From NCBI GenBank assembly GCA_963823555.1, contig CAWGMA010000002.1, positions 384,001-448,000 on the forward strand: a stretch of DNA of 64,000 bases, given 5' to 3'. A program made the translations under genes and the position numbers. The notes below the pieces were generated by a model. It had not been told where the DNA came from. It was given only the letters and a program-made list of their open reading frames with translations, and searched no databases. The stretch's first letter is position 1. Every line of letters starts with the position of its first letter. The DNA is from Candidatus Eiseniibacteriota bacterium. GTDB lineage: Bacteria; Eisenbacteria; RBG-16-71-46; CAVPCR01. Below, piece after piece: positions 9,664 to 19,155 of this stretch.

Positions 9664-11184
9664 ATGAAGCATCCCTGTGCCGGACTCGGCGTGCATCGCC
9701 GAGCGCTGCTCCTCTCGTCCCTCGTGATCGCGCTGACCATGCTCGCCGGGGCGTCATCGGTCGCCGCCGCGCCCTGGAACGAGCCCGAGCAGGTGACCTT
9801 CAACTCGGTCGAGGACCGCACCACGTCGGGGTCGCTGGTCTACCCCTGCTACGGCGAGGCCTATGCCATCTGGATGCAGGCGCAGGGCGCTCCCGGCTGG
9901 CGAATCATGTTCGCGGAGCGGAATATCCATGGCTGGAGCGAGCCGCTGCCCGTCGATCCGGGGAGCCATGCGGACTACGACCCGCGGTTGGGCTCGAGCG
10001 CCACCGGGCTCGTCGCGGTCTGGCAGCGGGGCACCAGCACCGCGGCCGAGATCGTCTTCGCCGAGCGCACGGGCGATGTCTGGTCCGTCGTGCCGATCAC
10101 GACGAACGCAACGGAGGACCTGAGCCCGGATCTGGCGGCCATCACGACGGGTACGCATCACGTGGCCTGGGCCGGTCTCGATCCGGTCTCGCAGAGCGGG
10201 AAGATCTTCCATGCCGAGAACTCCGGCACCGGCTGGCAGGTGGAGGTCCTCACCGGGAGCGAGCTCGGTCCCTTCTGGACCGGGGCCGAGCCCCATATCG
10301 ATGTCTCCGCCAACGGCGACGTGCACATCGTCTATCGCGGTGGCGACTACGGTAATTACCATCTCCACTATGCGCGTCGGGTGGGGACGACGTGGACCTA
10401 CCAGGTTCTCTTCTCGGGGAATGGGAACGATCTCGCCACCGATGTCTCGAGCTTGTGGACGAATCAGGTCGTGGTCGCCATGAGCGGCAACGACGGCTTC
10501 GGCTTCCCGTCGCGGATCTACATCCGGAGGAGCACCGACGGCGGCGCGAGCTTCGGCGCGCCCGAGCTCGTGAGCGGGAGCTACTCCGCCAGTCTCGAGA
10601 ACCTGACGGGAGGGGTTCCGGGGCTCGCGGTGAGCGGTTCCGAGGTCTCGGGCAACATCTATACCGGGAATCTCTTCTACTGGCTGGAAGGGGCTGGACC
10701 CGAACTCCTGCCGCCGCTCGACATGGCGAGCGAGAGGCCGAGCGCCGGGCAGATCACTTGCATCCCCTTGACCGAGAGCGCGGGCGATGAATCCGTTCTC
10801 TACGTCCATTACGGCGGAGGGGGATCATCAGACGCCGAGGTCACCTTCCTCGCGACCCCAGGCCCCAACATCGGGCTCGCCGACCCGGATTCCGCTCCGC
10901 TCCCGCTTCGCCTCGCTGTGGCTCCGAACCCGTTCTCGACCTCGACTCGGATCGAGATCGAGACCCTCGATGCGCTCGGTCCTGGAGCGGTCGGAGCGGC
11001 AATCTACGATATCGCCGGGCATCTCGTGCGGCGGCTTGACGAGAACGCCGCCTCCGCGCGGCATCCCGCGTTCGTGTGGGATGGGATGACCGCGAACGGC
11101 GCCCGGGCCGCCGCCGGGCTCTATCTTCTCGTGGTCGAGGGCAGCGGCCTCAGGGCGAGCGAGCGCCTGGTCCGCCTCAAGTAG
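9664..11184 (+). CDS. Secreted beta-propeller/BNR-like protein with a C-terminal FlgD-Ig (T9SS-like) domain
   Basis: AGGAG RBS, signal peptide, Asp-box RRSTDGGASF, C-terminal VAPNPF...IYDIAGHLVRRL...WDG...GLY. Confidence 0.8.
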   Translation: MKHPCAGLGVHRRALLLSSLVIALTMLAGASSVAAAPWNEPEQVTFNSVEDRTTSGSLVYPCYGEAYAIWMQAQGAPGWRIMFAERNIHGWSEPLPVDPGSHADYDPRLGSSATGLVAVWQRGTSTAAEIVFAERTGDVWSVVPITTNATEDLSPDLAAITTGTHHVAWAGLDPVSQSGKIFHAENSGTGWQVEVLTGSELGPFWTGAEPHIDVSANGDVHIVYRGGDYGNYHLHYARRVGTTWTYQVLFSGNGNDLATDVSSLWTNQVVVAMSGNDGFGFPSRIYIRRSTDGGASFGAPELVSGSYSASLENLTGGVPGLAVSGSEVSGNIYTGNLFYWLEGAGPELLPPLDMASERPSAGQITCIPLTESAGDESVLYVHYGGGGSSDAEVTFLATPGPNIGLADPDSAPLPLRLAVAPNPFSTSTRIEIETLDALGPGAVGAAIYDIAGHLVRRLDENAASARHPAFVWDGMTANGARAAAGLYLLVVEGSGLRASERLVRLK

Positions 11185-11199
11185 GGCGTAGGGTCCGGG

Positions 11200-12465
11200 T
11201 CACACCGACGGATCCGCCACCCGCCCCATGAAGAGGATCGATCCCGTCACCCGGTCGCGGATCAGGAACAGGAAGGGGTGATCCGCAACGAACGACGGCG
11301 GCAGGCTGGTGAGCGCGATGCCGACGCCGGTCGCCGCGGCGGCCTCGGTCCCCTCCTCGTTCACCTCGACGAACGCCTTGTGGCGGACCGTCCCCAGGCA
11401 CCAGCCCTTCTCGGTCGTCATCGCCGACAGATCGGCTCGATCGCAGTCGAAGGCCGAGGGCATGCCAAGATCCGAGAGCGTTCTCTTGAGCTCGAACTCG
11501 GTCGTCATCTTGAAGCGCGGAATGATGACGTCGATCTTCCCCTCCCGGGCCGCATCCAGCCATCCGGTCAGACGTTCCGGGGTCAGGCTCGCCTCGAGGG
11601 CCGGCAGGCCATCCACGGCGGCAGGAAGCAGGAGGATCATCGCCAGGTCACCGCCGCGATAGGGCATCTCGAGCACGGAGATCTCGTGATCGCGCGTCAT
11701 GCGTAGAGTCATCTCCGCATGCATCATCGGAACATGGACCGCGCGATCAGCCGCGACGTGGAAGGGGCCGTCCGCGGTCCGGTCCGGCTCGAACCGGGTG
11801 GCCCACTGCCCCTTGAAGTAGATGGCGTTGGCGAGGACGAGGCGCGTGAGATCGGTGATCGTCCCTGATGGGAACAGGTCCTGGATGCGGTCCCTGGTGC
11901 GCTCGGCCACCCAGCGATTGATGGCGGCGCGCGCCGCCGCGCTGTTGCCGGCGAAATCGACCTCGTCGAAGCCGGCGCCGTAGTGCTCGCGCACGGTCTC
12001 CAGGAACGGCTCGCGGATCGGCGCGCCCTTCTGCCCCCAGAGCGAGTTGGCGACCCGGAGCTCGTAGCCGCCGAGATCGGTGCCGCGATCGAGGCTCGCG
12101 ACGAGAGCGCCGTAGACCGGATGCAGGTTCGCAATGCCCTTGGTGTGGAGGACCGTTCCCATCTCCTCGGCGGTCTGGCCGCCCGCACCCGCGTAGGTCA
12201 TGGCGAGCGCCGTCGAGATGCTGAAGGGGGAAAAGAAGAGATTGCCGGGCGTCGAGCGCAGCCTGCCGTAGAGGTCGAGCGCGAAGCGCGTGTTGGCCTC
12301 GACCACCGGCGGCGCGTCGGCGGCCACCGCGTCCGGGAGCTGGCGTACGGTAAGCGGGTCTTGCCCGTCAGGGTCCCCGGGGTTGACCGCACAGACGAGG
12401 TAGGAGCCGCCGAGGAAGCCGACGAGGGCGGCGCCGAAGATCAAGATACGGCCGGTTCCATTCAT
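11200..12465 (-). CDS. Serpin (serine protease inhibitor), exported
   Basis: NLFFSPFSISTAL, NAIYFKGQW, hinge EEGTEAAAAT, FVADHPFLFLI; hydrophobic N-terminal signal. Confidence 0.95.
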   Translation of the reverse strand: MNGTGRILIFGAALVGFLGGSYLVCAVNPGDPDGQDPLTVRQLPDAVAADAPPVVEANTRFALDLYGRLRSTPGNLFFSPFSISTALAMTYAGAGGQTAEEMGTVLHTKGIANLHPVYGALVASLDRGTDLGGYELRVANSLWGQKGAPIREPFLETVREHYGAGFDEVDFAGNSAAARAAINRWVAERTRDRIQDLFPSGTITDLTRLVLANAIYFKGQWATRFEPDRTADGPFHVAADRAVHVPMMHAEMTLRMTRDHEISVLEMPYRGGDLAMILLLPAAVDGLPALEASLTPERLTGWLDAAREGKIDVIIPRFKMTTEFELKRTLSDLGMPSAFDCDRADLSAMTTEKGWCLGTVRHKAFVEVNEEGTEAAAATGVGIALTSLPPSFVADHPFLFLIRDRVTGSILFMGRVADPSV

Positions 12466-12635
12466 GGTTCACCTCGATTTCGCCCCGCCCCCGGGAGCCG
12501 GCCGGCGGGTGATCGCGGCCCGGCGAAGTCTCCCCCCATCCTAGGACCCGGCTCGCACGGCGACAAGGCGCGTTGCTCCGGTCGAGGCCATCTGCTAGTC
12601 TTCGAAGCTCCTATCCCCATGGAGACAATGGGAGG

Positions 12636-14351
12636 ATGGTCCAGAATCTGACCCACGACGTGCTCATCCTCGGAGCGGGGCTCGCGGGTCTCAGGGCCGC
12701 CGTCGAGATCTCCCGTCGCACGGCCGGCAAGGTCGATATCGGCATCGTCTCCAAGGTCCAGCTGATGCGCGCCCATTCGGTGTGCGCCGAGGGCGGGACC
12801 GCCGCCGTTCTCCGCACGGAGGAGGGCGATTCGCTCGAGCTCCATGCCTGGGACACGGTCAAGGGCTCCGACTTCCTCGCCGATCAGGACGTGGTCGAGG
12901 AGTTCGTCAAGACCTCGCCCCAGGAGATCAGGCAACTCGATCACTGGGGCATCCCGTGGACGCGGGACGAGCACGGCCGGATCGAGCAGCGTCCGTTCGG
13001 CGGACACTCCTACCCGCGGGCGACGCTCGCCGCCGACAAGACCGGCTTCTTCGAGATGCAGACCCTCTATGACACGCTGCTCCGCTATCGCTGCTTCTCG
13101 CGCTACGACGAGCTCTTCATCACCGACATCCTGATCGAGGACGGCCGCTTCGGCGGGCTCCTCGGCATCCATGCCCCGAGCGGCGAGACGGTGACGCTGC
13201 AGGCGAAGGCGCTCCTCATCGCCTCGGGCGGCGGCGGCTGTCTCTACGGGTTCACCACCTACTCGCAAACGGTGACCGGCGACGGGCTCGCGATGGCCTA
13301 TCGCGCCGGGCTCCCGCTCGAGGACATGGAGTTCTTGCAGTTCCATCCCACCGGGCTCGTGCCCTCGGGCATCCTCATGACCGAGGGCTGCCGCGGCGAA
13401 GGCGGGTACCTCCGCAACGCCAACGGCGATCGCTTCATGGAGCGCTATGCCGCCGAGAAGATGGAGCTCGCGCCGCGCGACGTGATCTCGCGCGCCGAGA
13501 TGACCGAGATCCTCGAGGGCCGCGGCTTCAAGGGCCCCGATGGGTTCGACTACTTGCACCTCGATCTCACGCACCTCGGCGCCGACAAGATCAACTCGCG
13601 CCTGCCTCTGATCCGCGAGGTATCGATGAAGTTCGTCGGTATCGACCCCATCGAGAAGTCGATCCCCATCAGGCCGGTCGCGCACTACACCATGGGGGGG
13701 GTCGAGACCGATATCCGCGGCGCCACCCGCATCCCGGGAGTGTGGGCTGCCGGCGAGGTCGCCTGTGTCTCGCTCCACGGCGCCAACCGGCTGGGCTCGA
13801 ACTCGACGGCGGAGTGTCTGGTGTGGGGCGGCATCAGCGGCGCGGAGATCGCGGCCGCGCTGCCCAAGCTGCCATCCTCGCCGCCGGTGCCCGAGCGCGC
13901 GCTCAAGGCGGCGCGCGACCGCATCGCCGAGGTCAAGGGCCGCGATGGGAGCGAGGATCTCTACCAGCTCCGGCGCGAGCTCCGGGCCATCATGGATCGC
14001 GACTACGGTGTCTTCCGCACCGGCGCCGACATGGCGCGCGGTCTGGCCGAGATCCGGGCGATTCGCCAGCAGTCGCTCAAGGCCCCGGTGCGCGACAGGA
14101 GCGAGGTCTACAACTCGAACCTGTTCCACGCGCTCGAGCTCGGCAACATGATCGATCTCGCCGAGGTGGTCGCGGTCGGCGGCCTCGCCCGCGAGGAGTC
14201 GCGCGGAGCGCATGCGCGCCGCGACTTCACCAAGCGCGACGACGAGAAGTGGCTCAAGCACACCCTCATCTTCCATACCGGGGGTGAGCCGCGGGCGGAA
14301 TCGAAGCCGGTCACCATCACGGCCTGGAAGCCGATCGAGCGCAAGTACTGA
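12636..14351 (+). CDS. sdhA: Succinate dehydrogenase/fumarate reductase flavoprotein subunit
   Basis: GAGLAG, FAD-binding His in RAHSVCAEGG, QFHPTG, EGCRGEGG, HYTMGG, HGANRLGSNS, ESRGAH. Confidence 0.95.
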   Translation: MVQNLTHDVLILGAGLAGLRAAVEISRRTAGKVDIGIVSKVQLMRAHSVCAEGGTAAVLRTEEGDSLELHAWDTVKGSDFLADQDVVEEFVKTSPQEIRQLDHWGIPWTRDEHGRIEQRPFGGHSYPRATLAADKTGFFEMQTLYDTLLRYRCFSRYDELFITDILIEDGRFGGLLGIHAPSGETVTLQAKALLIASGGGGCLYGFTTYSQTVTGDGLAMAYRAGLPLEDMEFLQFHPTGLVPSGILMTEGCRGEGGYLRNANGDRFMERYAAEKMELAPRDVISRAEMTEILEGRGFKGPDGFDYLHLDLTHLGADKINSRLPLIREVSMKFVGIDPIEKSIPIRPVAHYTMGGVETDIRGATRIPGVWAAGEVACVSLHGANRLGSNSTAECLVWGGISGAEIAAALPKLPSSPPVPERALKAARDRIAEVKGRDGSEDLYQLRRELRAIMDRDYGVFRTGADMARGLAEIRAIRQQSLKAPVRDRSEVYNSNLFHALELGNMIDLAEVVAVGGLAREESRGAHARRDFTKRDDEKWLKHTLIFHTGGEPRAESKPVTITAWKPIERKY

Positions 14352-14396
14352 TGCTCGCGGACCGTGCCGAAGCGCTCTGGGGGAGGAGGGAAGCCA

Positions 14397-14840
14397 ATGC
14401 TTGAAGTGAAGGGCCATCCCAACCGGCTCGGGCTCTGGGGCTGGGCGGGCGGTGCGCGCTGGGGCGTCGATCGCTACATGTATACGCTCCATCGTCTCTC
14501 CGGCCTCGCCCTGCTCGTGTACTTCCTGATGCACGTGCTCGTCACCACGTCCCGGGCCTTCGGCAAGGAATCGTGGGAAGGCGCGATGGCCGCGGTCACC
14601 GGGCCCTTGTTCAGCCTCGGTGAGTACGTGATCTTCGCCGCTTTCGCCTTCCATGCCGTGAACGGCATCCGCCTCGTGCTGGTCGAGCTCGGGCTCGCGG
14701 TGGGGAAGCCGATCGAGCCGATCTATCCGTTCCGCACCTCGCTGCACGTCCAGCGGCCACTGGCGATCGGGGCGCTCATCGTGGCCGTGGCCCTCGCCGT
14801 GCTCGGGTTGCTCGACTTCTTCGTCCTCGGGACGCACTAG
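14397..14840 (+). CDS. sdhC: Succinate dehydrogenase cytochrome b anchor subunit C
   Basis: LHRLSG, FLMHV, FHAVNGIR; three TM helices; position in operon. Confidence 0.88.
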   Translation: MLEVKGHPNRLGLWGWAGGARWGVDRYMYTLHRLSGLALLVYFLMHVLVTTSRAFGKESWEGAMAAVTGPLFSLGEYVIFAAFAFHAVNGIRLVLVELGLAVGKPIEPIYPFRTSLHVQRPLAIGALIVAVALAVLGLLDFFVLGTH

Positions 14841-14857
14841 GCAGGGAAGGAGGTGTC

Positions 14858-15235
14858 ATGATACGCGATCAAGGACTCTGGTTCTGGCACGTGGCGGCCG
14901 GGATCGCGATCCTCATCCTTGCCGGCATGCACATGGGGATCATGCATCTCGATGCCACGCTCGGCATCGGCAATCCGGCCGGCGGGCATCCCATCGACTG
15001 GGCCAACGTCGTGGCCAGAGGAAAGAGCGCGGTGTTCCTTCTGAGCTACGTGTTGCTCCTCGGTGCGGCTCTCTTCCATGGGCTCTATGGGCTGCGCAAC
15101 ATGCTGTACGAGGTCGTCGGCGGATCGGGACTCAGGGCGGCGATCAACGTGGTCCTGGTCCTGACCGGTCTCGTCTTCTTCGTGGTCGGGACCTGGGCGG
15201 CGGTGACGGGGCGCGCGATCGCGCTGGCATCCTAG
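14858..15235 (+). CDS. sdhD: Succinate dehydrogenase hydrophobic anchor subunit D
   Basis: Three TM helices, GMHMGIMH and FHGLYGLR; AGGAGG RBS. Confidence 0.85.
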   Translation: MIRDQGLWFWHVAAGIAILILAGMHMGIMHLDATLGIGNPAGGHPIDWANVVARGKSAVFLLSYVLLLGAALFHGLYGLRNMLYEVVGGSGLRAAINVVLVLTGLVFFVVGTWAAVTGRAIALAS

Positions 15236-15248
15236 GGGAAGGGTGATC

Positions 15249-16088
15249 ATGGGCAACCACGACGGCGGCAAGGGCCAAGTGATCTATCGGGTGCGTCGCT
15301 TCCGGCCGGGAGTGGACCGGCGGCCGATCTGGCAGGAGTTCACGATCGAGTCCACGCCCGGGATGACCGTTCTCGACGGGCTCTGGCTCGTCAAGGAGAG
15401 CATCGATCCCGGCCTCGCGTTTCGCGCGTCTTGCCGCATGGGGGTGTGTGGATCGTGCGGCATGATGGTGAACGGGATGCCCCGGCTGGCCTGCAACACG
15501 CAGGTGGCCGAGCTCGGCGGCGGCATCGTCACGGTGGCTCCACTCCCCAACTTCGACATCCTCAGGGATCTGGTGCCGAACCTCGACTCGATGTTCGATC
15601 GCCACCAGGCGCTCTCCCCGTACCTGATCCGGCCGGATCGGGCCGAGCAGGAGAATCCCCAGGGCGAATATGCCCAGACCCAGCACGAATTGGAGGCCTA
15701 CCTCCAGTTCTCTTACTGTATAAAATGCGGGTGTTGCATGGCGGCCTGTCCGACCCTGGCCACCGATGTCCGCTTCTCGGGACCGATGCCGCTCTCCCAG
15801 GCGCATCGGTACAATAGCGACAGCCGGGATGGCGGCTTCGACGAGCGCAAGCGAGTGCTCGCCGGGAGCCAGGGTCCATGGCGCTGTCACTATGCCGGCG
15901 AATGCGCCCGGGTCTGTCCCAAGGGGGTCGATCCGGCCAAGGCGATCCAGTGGATGAAGCGCGAGCTCATGCTCGATGTGATCGGGGCGCGAAGGGAGAG
16001 CGCTCCGGCCAGGATCGCCACGAAGCCGGCGGGGATCACGCGACGTCCCGGCATCCCGGATGCGCCGCCGCGCACGGTCGGCGCCTGA
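15249..16088 (+). CDS. sdhB: Succinate dehydrogenase iron-sulfur subunit
   Basis: SCRMGVCGSC...LAC (2Fe-2S), CIKCGCCMAACP, CHYAGECARVCP. Alternative GTG start at 15243. Confidence 0.95.
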   Translation: MGNHDGGKGQVIYRVRRFRPGVDRRPIWQEFTIESTPGMTVLDGLWLVKESIDPGLAFRASCRMGVCGSCGMMVNGMPRLACNTQVAELGGGIVTVAPLPNFDILRDLVPNLDSMFDRHQALSPYLIRPDRAEQENPQGEYAQTQHELEAYLQFSYCIKCGCCMAACPTLATDVRFSGPMPLSQAHRYNSDSRDGGFDERKRVLAGSQGPWRCHYAGECARVCPKGVDPAKAIQWMKRELMLDVIGARRESAPARIATKPAGITRRPGIPDAPPRTVGA

Positions 16089-16118
16089 GGGAGCGGATCA
16101 TTCGAGCAGGGAGGCGAG

Positions 16119-16532
16119 ATGGCACTCAAGGTTAGGCGCGTGGAGTACTTCTATACGTCGGTCAAGGACCGTCCTGGGGAAGCCTACAAGCTCCTCTCCC
16201 AGCTCGCGGCGAGCGATGTCAACCTCCTTGCCTTCGGCGTCATTCCCACCGGATCGGAGCATACCCAGCTCACACTGTTTCCCGAGAGTGCCGCTGCCCT
16301 CACCCGCGCCGCCGAGGCCAGCGGCCTCACGCTCGTCGGACCGCAGCATGCGTTCATGATCCAGGGCGATGACGAGCTCGGGGCGCTGGTCGATATCCAC
16401 CGTGCTCTCTTCGATGCGCAGATCAACATCTATGCCTCGAACGGGGTCACGGATGGCGCGGGATGCTTCGGCTATGTCCTCTATGTCAAGCCAGACGAGT
16501 TCGAGCACGCGGCGCGCATACTGCGCGTCTAG
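16119..16532 (+). CDS. Small tandem ACT-domain protein
   Basis: DRPGEAYKLLSQLAASDVNL and DELGALVDIHRALFDAQINI match the ACT pattern; GGAGG RBS. Confidence 0.75.
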   Translation: MALKVRRVEYFYTSVKDRPGEAYKLLSQLAASDVNLLAFGVIPTGSEHTQLTLFPESAAALTRAAEASGLTLVGPQHAFMIQGDDELGALVDIHRALFDAQINIYASNGVTDGAGCFGYVLYVKPDEFEHAARILRV

Positions 16533-16625
16533 TCACCGGTCGGACTCGAGCGCGGCTCCGTTGCCCGGTCCCGGGCTCGGCGCCGGGGAGACGGCGTCCC
16601 ACAGCGCCAACAGGGGGATACGAAC

Positions 16626-18032
16626 TTGACCATTCTCGTCACCCTCTTCTTCACCGTCCTCATCGTGGCGCTGTTCGTCCGGCTCTCGGGCAACCCCCTC
16701 GATCGCCCGGAGTCCTTCATGCGGCGCCGGGTCCTGAACTGGGTGCCCCTCGGCCTCACCTACGCCCTCCTCTACATGGGGCGCTACAACCTCACGGTGG
16801 CCAAGAACGCCTTCGGCGACCTGATGACGAAGTCGGACTTCGGCCTCATCTTCGACTGGGGCACCATCACCTACGCCTTCGCCTTTCTCCTGAACGGACC
16901 GCTGACCGACAAGATCGGGGGGCGCAAGGCCATTCTCATCGCCGCGGCCGGCGCGGCGGTGGCCAACACCCTCATGGGTCTCGCCACGCGGGCCGGCGTC
17001 GGCAATCTGGTCCTCGTCTTCTCGCTCCTCTACGCGCTCAACATGTACTTCCAGAGCTTCGGCGCCGTGGCCATCGTCAAGGTGAACAGCTCCTGGTTCC
17101 ACGTGCGCGAGCGCGGGATGTTCGGCGGCATCTTCGGGATCCTGATCTCGGCCGGCATCTTCTTCGCCTTCCAGGTCGGACAGCTCATCGTCGACAAGCT
17201 GCATACGGCGCCGGGTCCGGACGGCAGCGCGATCACGACCCCTCCCTTCTGGGTGTTCTGGATTCCGGCGATCTTGCTCGCTGTCTTCTTCTTCCTCGAT
17301 ATCATCATCGTGCGCGATCGGCCCAGCGAGGCCGGGCTCGCCGATTTCGACACCGGGGATGCCTCGAGCGGCGAGGATGACCGGCCCGATCCACTGGGTG
17401 TGATTCTCAAGAAGGTGGTCACCAACCCGATCGTGCTGACGATCGCCGGGATCGAGTTCTGCACCGGGGTCCTGCGCCAGGGCATCATGCACTGGTACTT
17501 CATCTTCGGGAAGGATGTGGGATATCCGCCCGACTTCGTCGTCACCAAGAACTGGGGCCTCATGCTCTTCATCGCCGGGGCCACGGGCGGCATGACGGCT
17601 GGCTGGCTCTCGGACAAGGTGTTCGGCTCGCGCCGTGGGCCGGTGGCGGCACTCCTCTACGGGCTCATCCTGGCGTCGGCGGTGGTCATGGCGTTCGCCC
17701 TGAACAGCATGTGGGTGCTGGGGGCCTGCGTGATCCTCATCTCCTACGCCGTGATCGGCACCCATGGTATGCTCTCCGGCACGGCCACCATGGACTTCGG
17801 CGGGCGCAAGAACGCCGGGACGGCGGTCGGCCTCATCGACGGCGCGGTCTATCTCGGCACGGCCGCCCAGTCGATCAGTCTCGGTTTCCTCACCGAGCGC
17901 TCGTGGTCTTACTGGCCGCCGTTTCTCATTCCCTTCGCCGTCCTCGGCCTGTACCTGGCTGTCCGCATCCGCCGCGCCTTGCCGGAGGCGGCGCGGAAGC
18001 ACGCGACCAGGCCGGCGGCGGCGCGATCCTGA
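16626..18032 (+). CDS. MFS transporter, organophosphate:Pi antiporter (GlpT/UhpT)-like
   Basis: LYMGRYNL, GPLTDKIGGRK, WFHVRERG, GWLSDKVFGSRR, AGTAVGLID. Confidence 0.85.
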   Translation: MTILVTLFFTVLIVALFVRLSGNPLDRPESFMRRRVLNWVPLGLTYALLYMGRYNLTVAKNAFGDLMTKSDFGLIFDWGTITYAFAFLLNGPLTDKIGGRKAILIAAAGAAVANTLMGLATRAGVGNLVLVFSLLYALNMYFQSFGAVAIVKVNSSWFHVRERGMFGGIFGILISAGIFFAFQVGQLIVDKLHTAPGPDGSAITTPPFWVFWIPAILLAVFFFLDIIIVRDRPSEAGLADFDTGDASSGEDDRPDPLGVILKKVVTNPIVLTIAGIEFCTGVLRQGIMHWYFIFGKDVGYPPDFVVTKNWGLMLFIAGATGGMTAGWLSDKVFGSRRGPVAALLYGLILASAVVMAFALNSMWVLGACVILISYAVIGTHGMLSGTATMDFGGRKNAGTAVGLIDGAVYLGTAAQSISLGFLTERSWSYWPPFLIPFAVLGLYLAVRIRRALPEAARKHATRPAAARS

Positions 18033-18038
18033 GCGGCC

Positions 18039-18365
18039 ATGACGTCGCACCCGTCCAACGAGGTCCATGTGGTCCTCTCCACCTTCGCGAGCCGTGAGGA
18101 CGCGGTGCGCGTCGGCCGCGAGCTGGTCGAGCGCCGGCTCGCCGCTTGCATGAACGTGGTCCCGGGAGTAGAGAGCATCTACCGCTGGGAGGGGAAGGTG
18201 GAGGACGCGGCCGAGGTGCTCGCGATCATGAAGACGCGCGGCGAGCGCCTCCAGGAGCTGATGACGGTCCTCGCCGAGCTGCATCCCTACGCGGTGCCGG
18301 AGATCCTCTCCTTCCCGGCCGCAGCCGCGGCCGCGTACGGTGCCTGGGTGGCGGCCGAGACCTGA
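18039..18365 (+). CDS. cutA: Divalent-cation tolerance protein CutA
   Basis: LVERRLAACMN, SIYRWEG, HPYAVPEI. Confidence 0.92.
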   Translation: MTSHPSNEVHVVLSTFASREDAVRVGRELVERRLAACMNVVPGVESIYRWEGKVEDAAEVLAIMKTRGERLQELMTVLAELHPYAVPEILSFPAAAAAAYGAWVAAET

Positions 18366-18396
18366 GGCCCCGCCGGACTCCCCGCGCCGATAGCAA

Positions 18397-18436
18397 GATC
18401 CCCACGCGAGGCATCATTCGGCCTCGCGTGGGGATC
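18397..18436. terminator. Perfect 16-bp inverted repeat between convergent cutA and bactofilin genes
   Basis: GATCCCCACGCGAGGC-atcattcg-GCCTCGCGTGGGGATC; weak U-tract. Confidence 0.7.
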
Positions 18437-18470
18437 GCGTCTTTCGGGGCTCTCTAGCTACGGCGCAGCG

Positions 18471-19031
18471 TCAGGCGGCGCGCTTCTCCGAATGCGCTGG
18501 GGTCGTGGTGGTCGCGGGACCCGAGGTGCTGGTTCCCGTACCGATCGGGGTGGTGGTCCCGCTCGGCCCGCGCTGGCTCTTGGCCTCTGCGGCCTTGAGC
18601 GCCGGGGCCATCGCCGTCTCGACCTCGGAGGCTGCCGCCTCGCCCATGACGCAGGTGCCGTGGAAGTAGACGCCGTCCTCGATCTTGAAGCTCTGGGCGT
18701 AGACATCGCCGCGAACGTGGGCCCCTGCGAGGAGCTCGACGCGCTCCTTCGCCCGGATCTTGCCGTTCACGGTGCCCGAGATCACGGCCTGCTTGACGGC
18801 GAGATCGGCCTTGACCTGGCCCTTGGCGCCCACGGTGAGGTTCTCGGTGGTGATGAGAGTTCCACCCTCGATCTCCCCGTCCACGCGCAGCGATCCGTTG
18901 ACCCGGACCGAGCCGTCGATGTGCGTTCCCTCGCCGATCACGGTGCCCTGCGACCGGTTGCCGGTGTCGCTGGGACGGGTGTACTCGCGCGACTCCTCGC
19001 GCTGGGTCTGCTTGTTTCCGGAATTGAACAT
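18471..19031 (-). CDS. Bactofilin (polymer-forming cytoskeletal protein, CcmA family)
   Basis: TVIGEGTHIDGSV...LRVDGEIEG...VISGTVNGKI...IEDGVYFHG beta-helix; Thr/Ser/Gly-rich tail. Confidence 0.93.
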   Translation of the reverse strand: MFNSGNKQTQREESREYTRPSDTGNRSQGTVIGEGTHIDGSVRVNGSLRVDGEIEGGTLITTENLTVGAKGQVKADLAVKQAVISGTVNGKIRAKERVELLAGAHVRGDVYAQSFKIEDGVYFHGTCVMGEAAASEVETAMAPALKAAEAKSQRGPSGTTTPIGTGTSTSGPATTTTPAHSEKRAA

Positions 19032-19075
19032 CTTGATCTCCCCCTAGGACGGTATGTGGGAATAGCCCCAGTGTT

Positions 19076-19103
19076 CTATCGGCCGGGGGGGAGGAGGGCT
19101 TGA
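19076..19103 (-). promoter_or_regulatory. Putative sigma-28 (FliA/WhiG)-type promoter for the bactofilin gene
   Basis: Minus strand TCAAG-N15-GCCGATAG, ending about 45 nt upstream of the ATG. Confidence 0.5.
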
Positions 19104-19155
19104 CCGGAAATGGGGCGGTTGGGGGGGATGCCCCGGCGGACGCCGGGGCAGGATC

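Noticed and set aside
7023..9824. Long antisense and alternate-frame ORFs (e.g. 7023..9824, 12462..14837, 27951..30458, 42032..43909, 57537..59339)
   Set aside because: They shadow well-supported genes, have no motifs, and are typical of stop-poor high-GC DNA.
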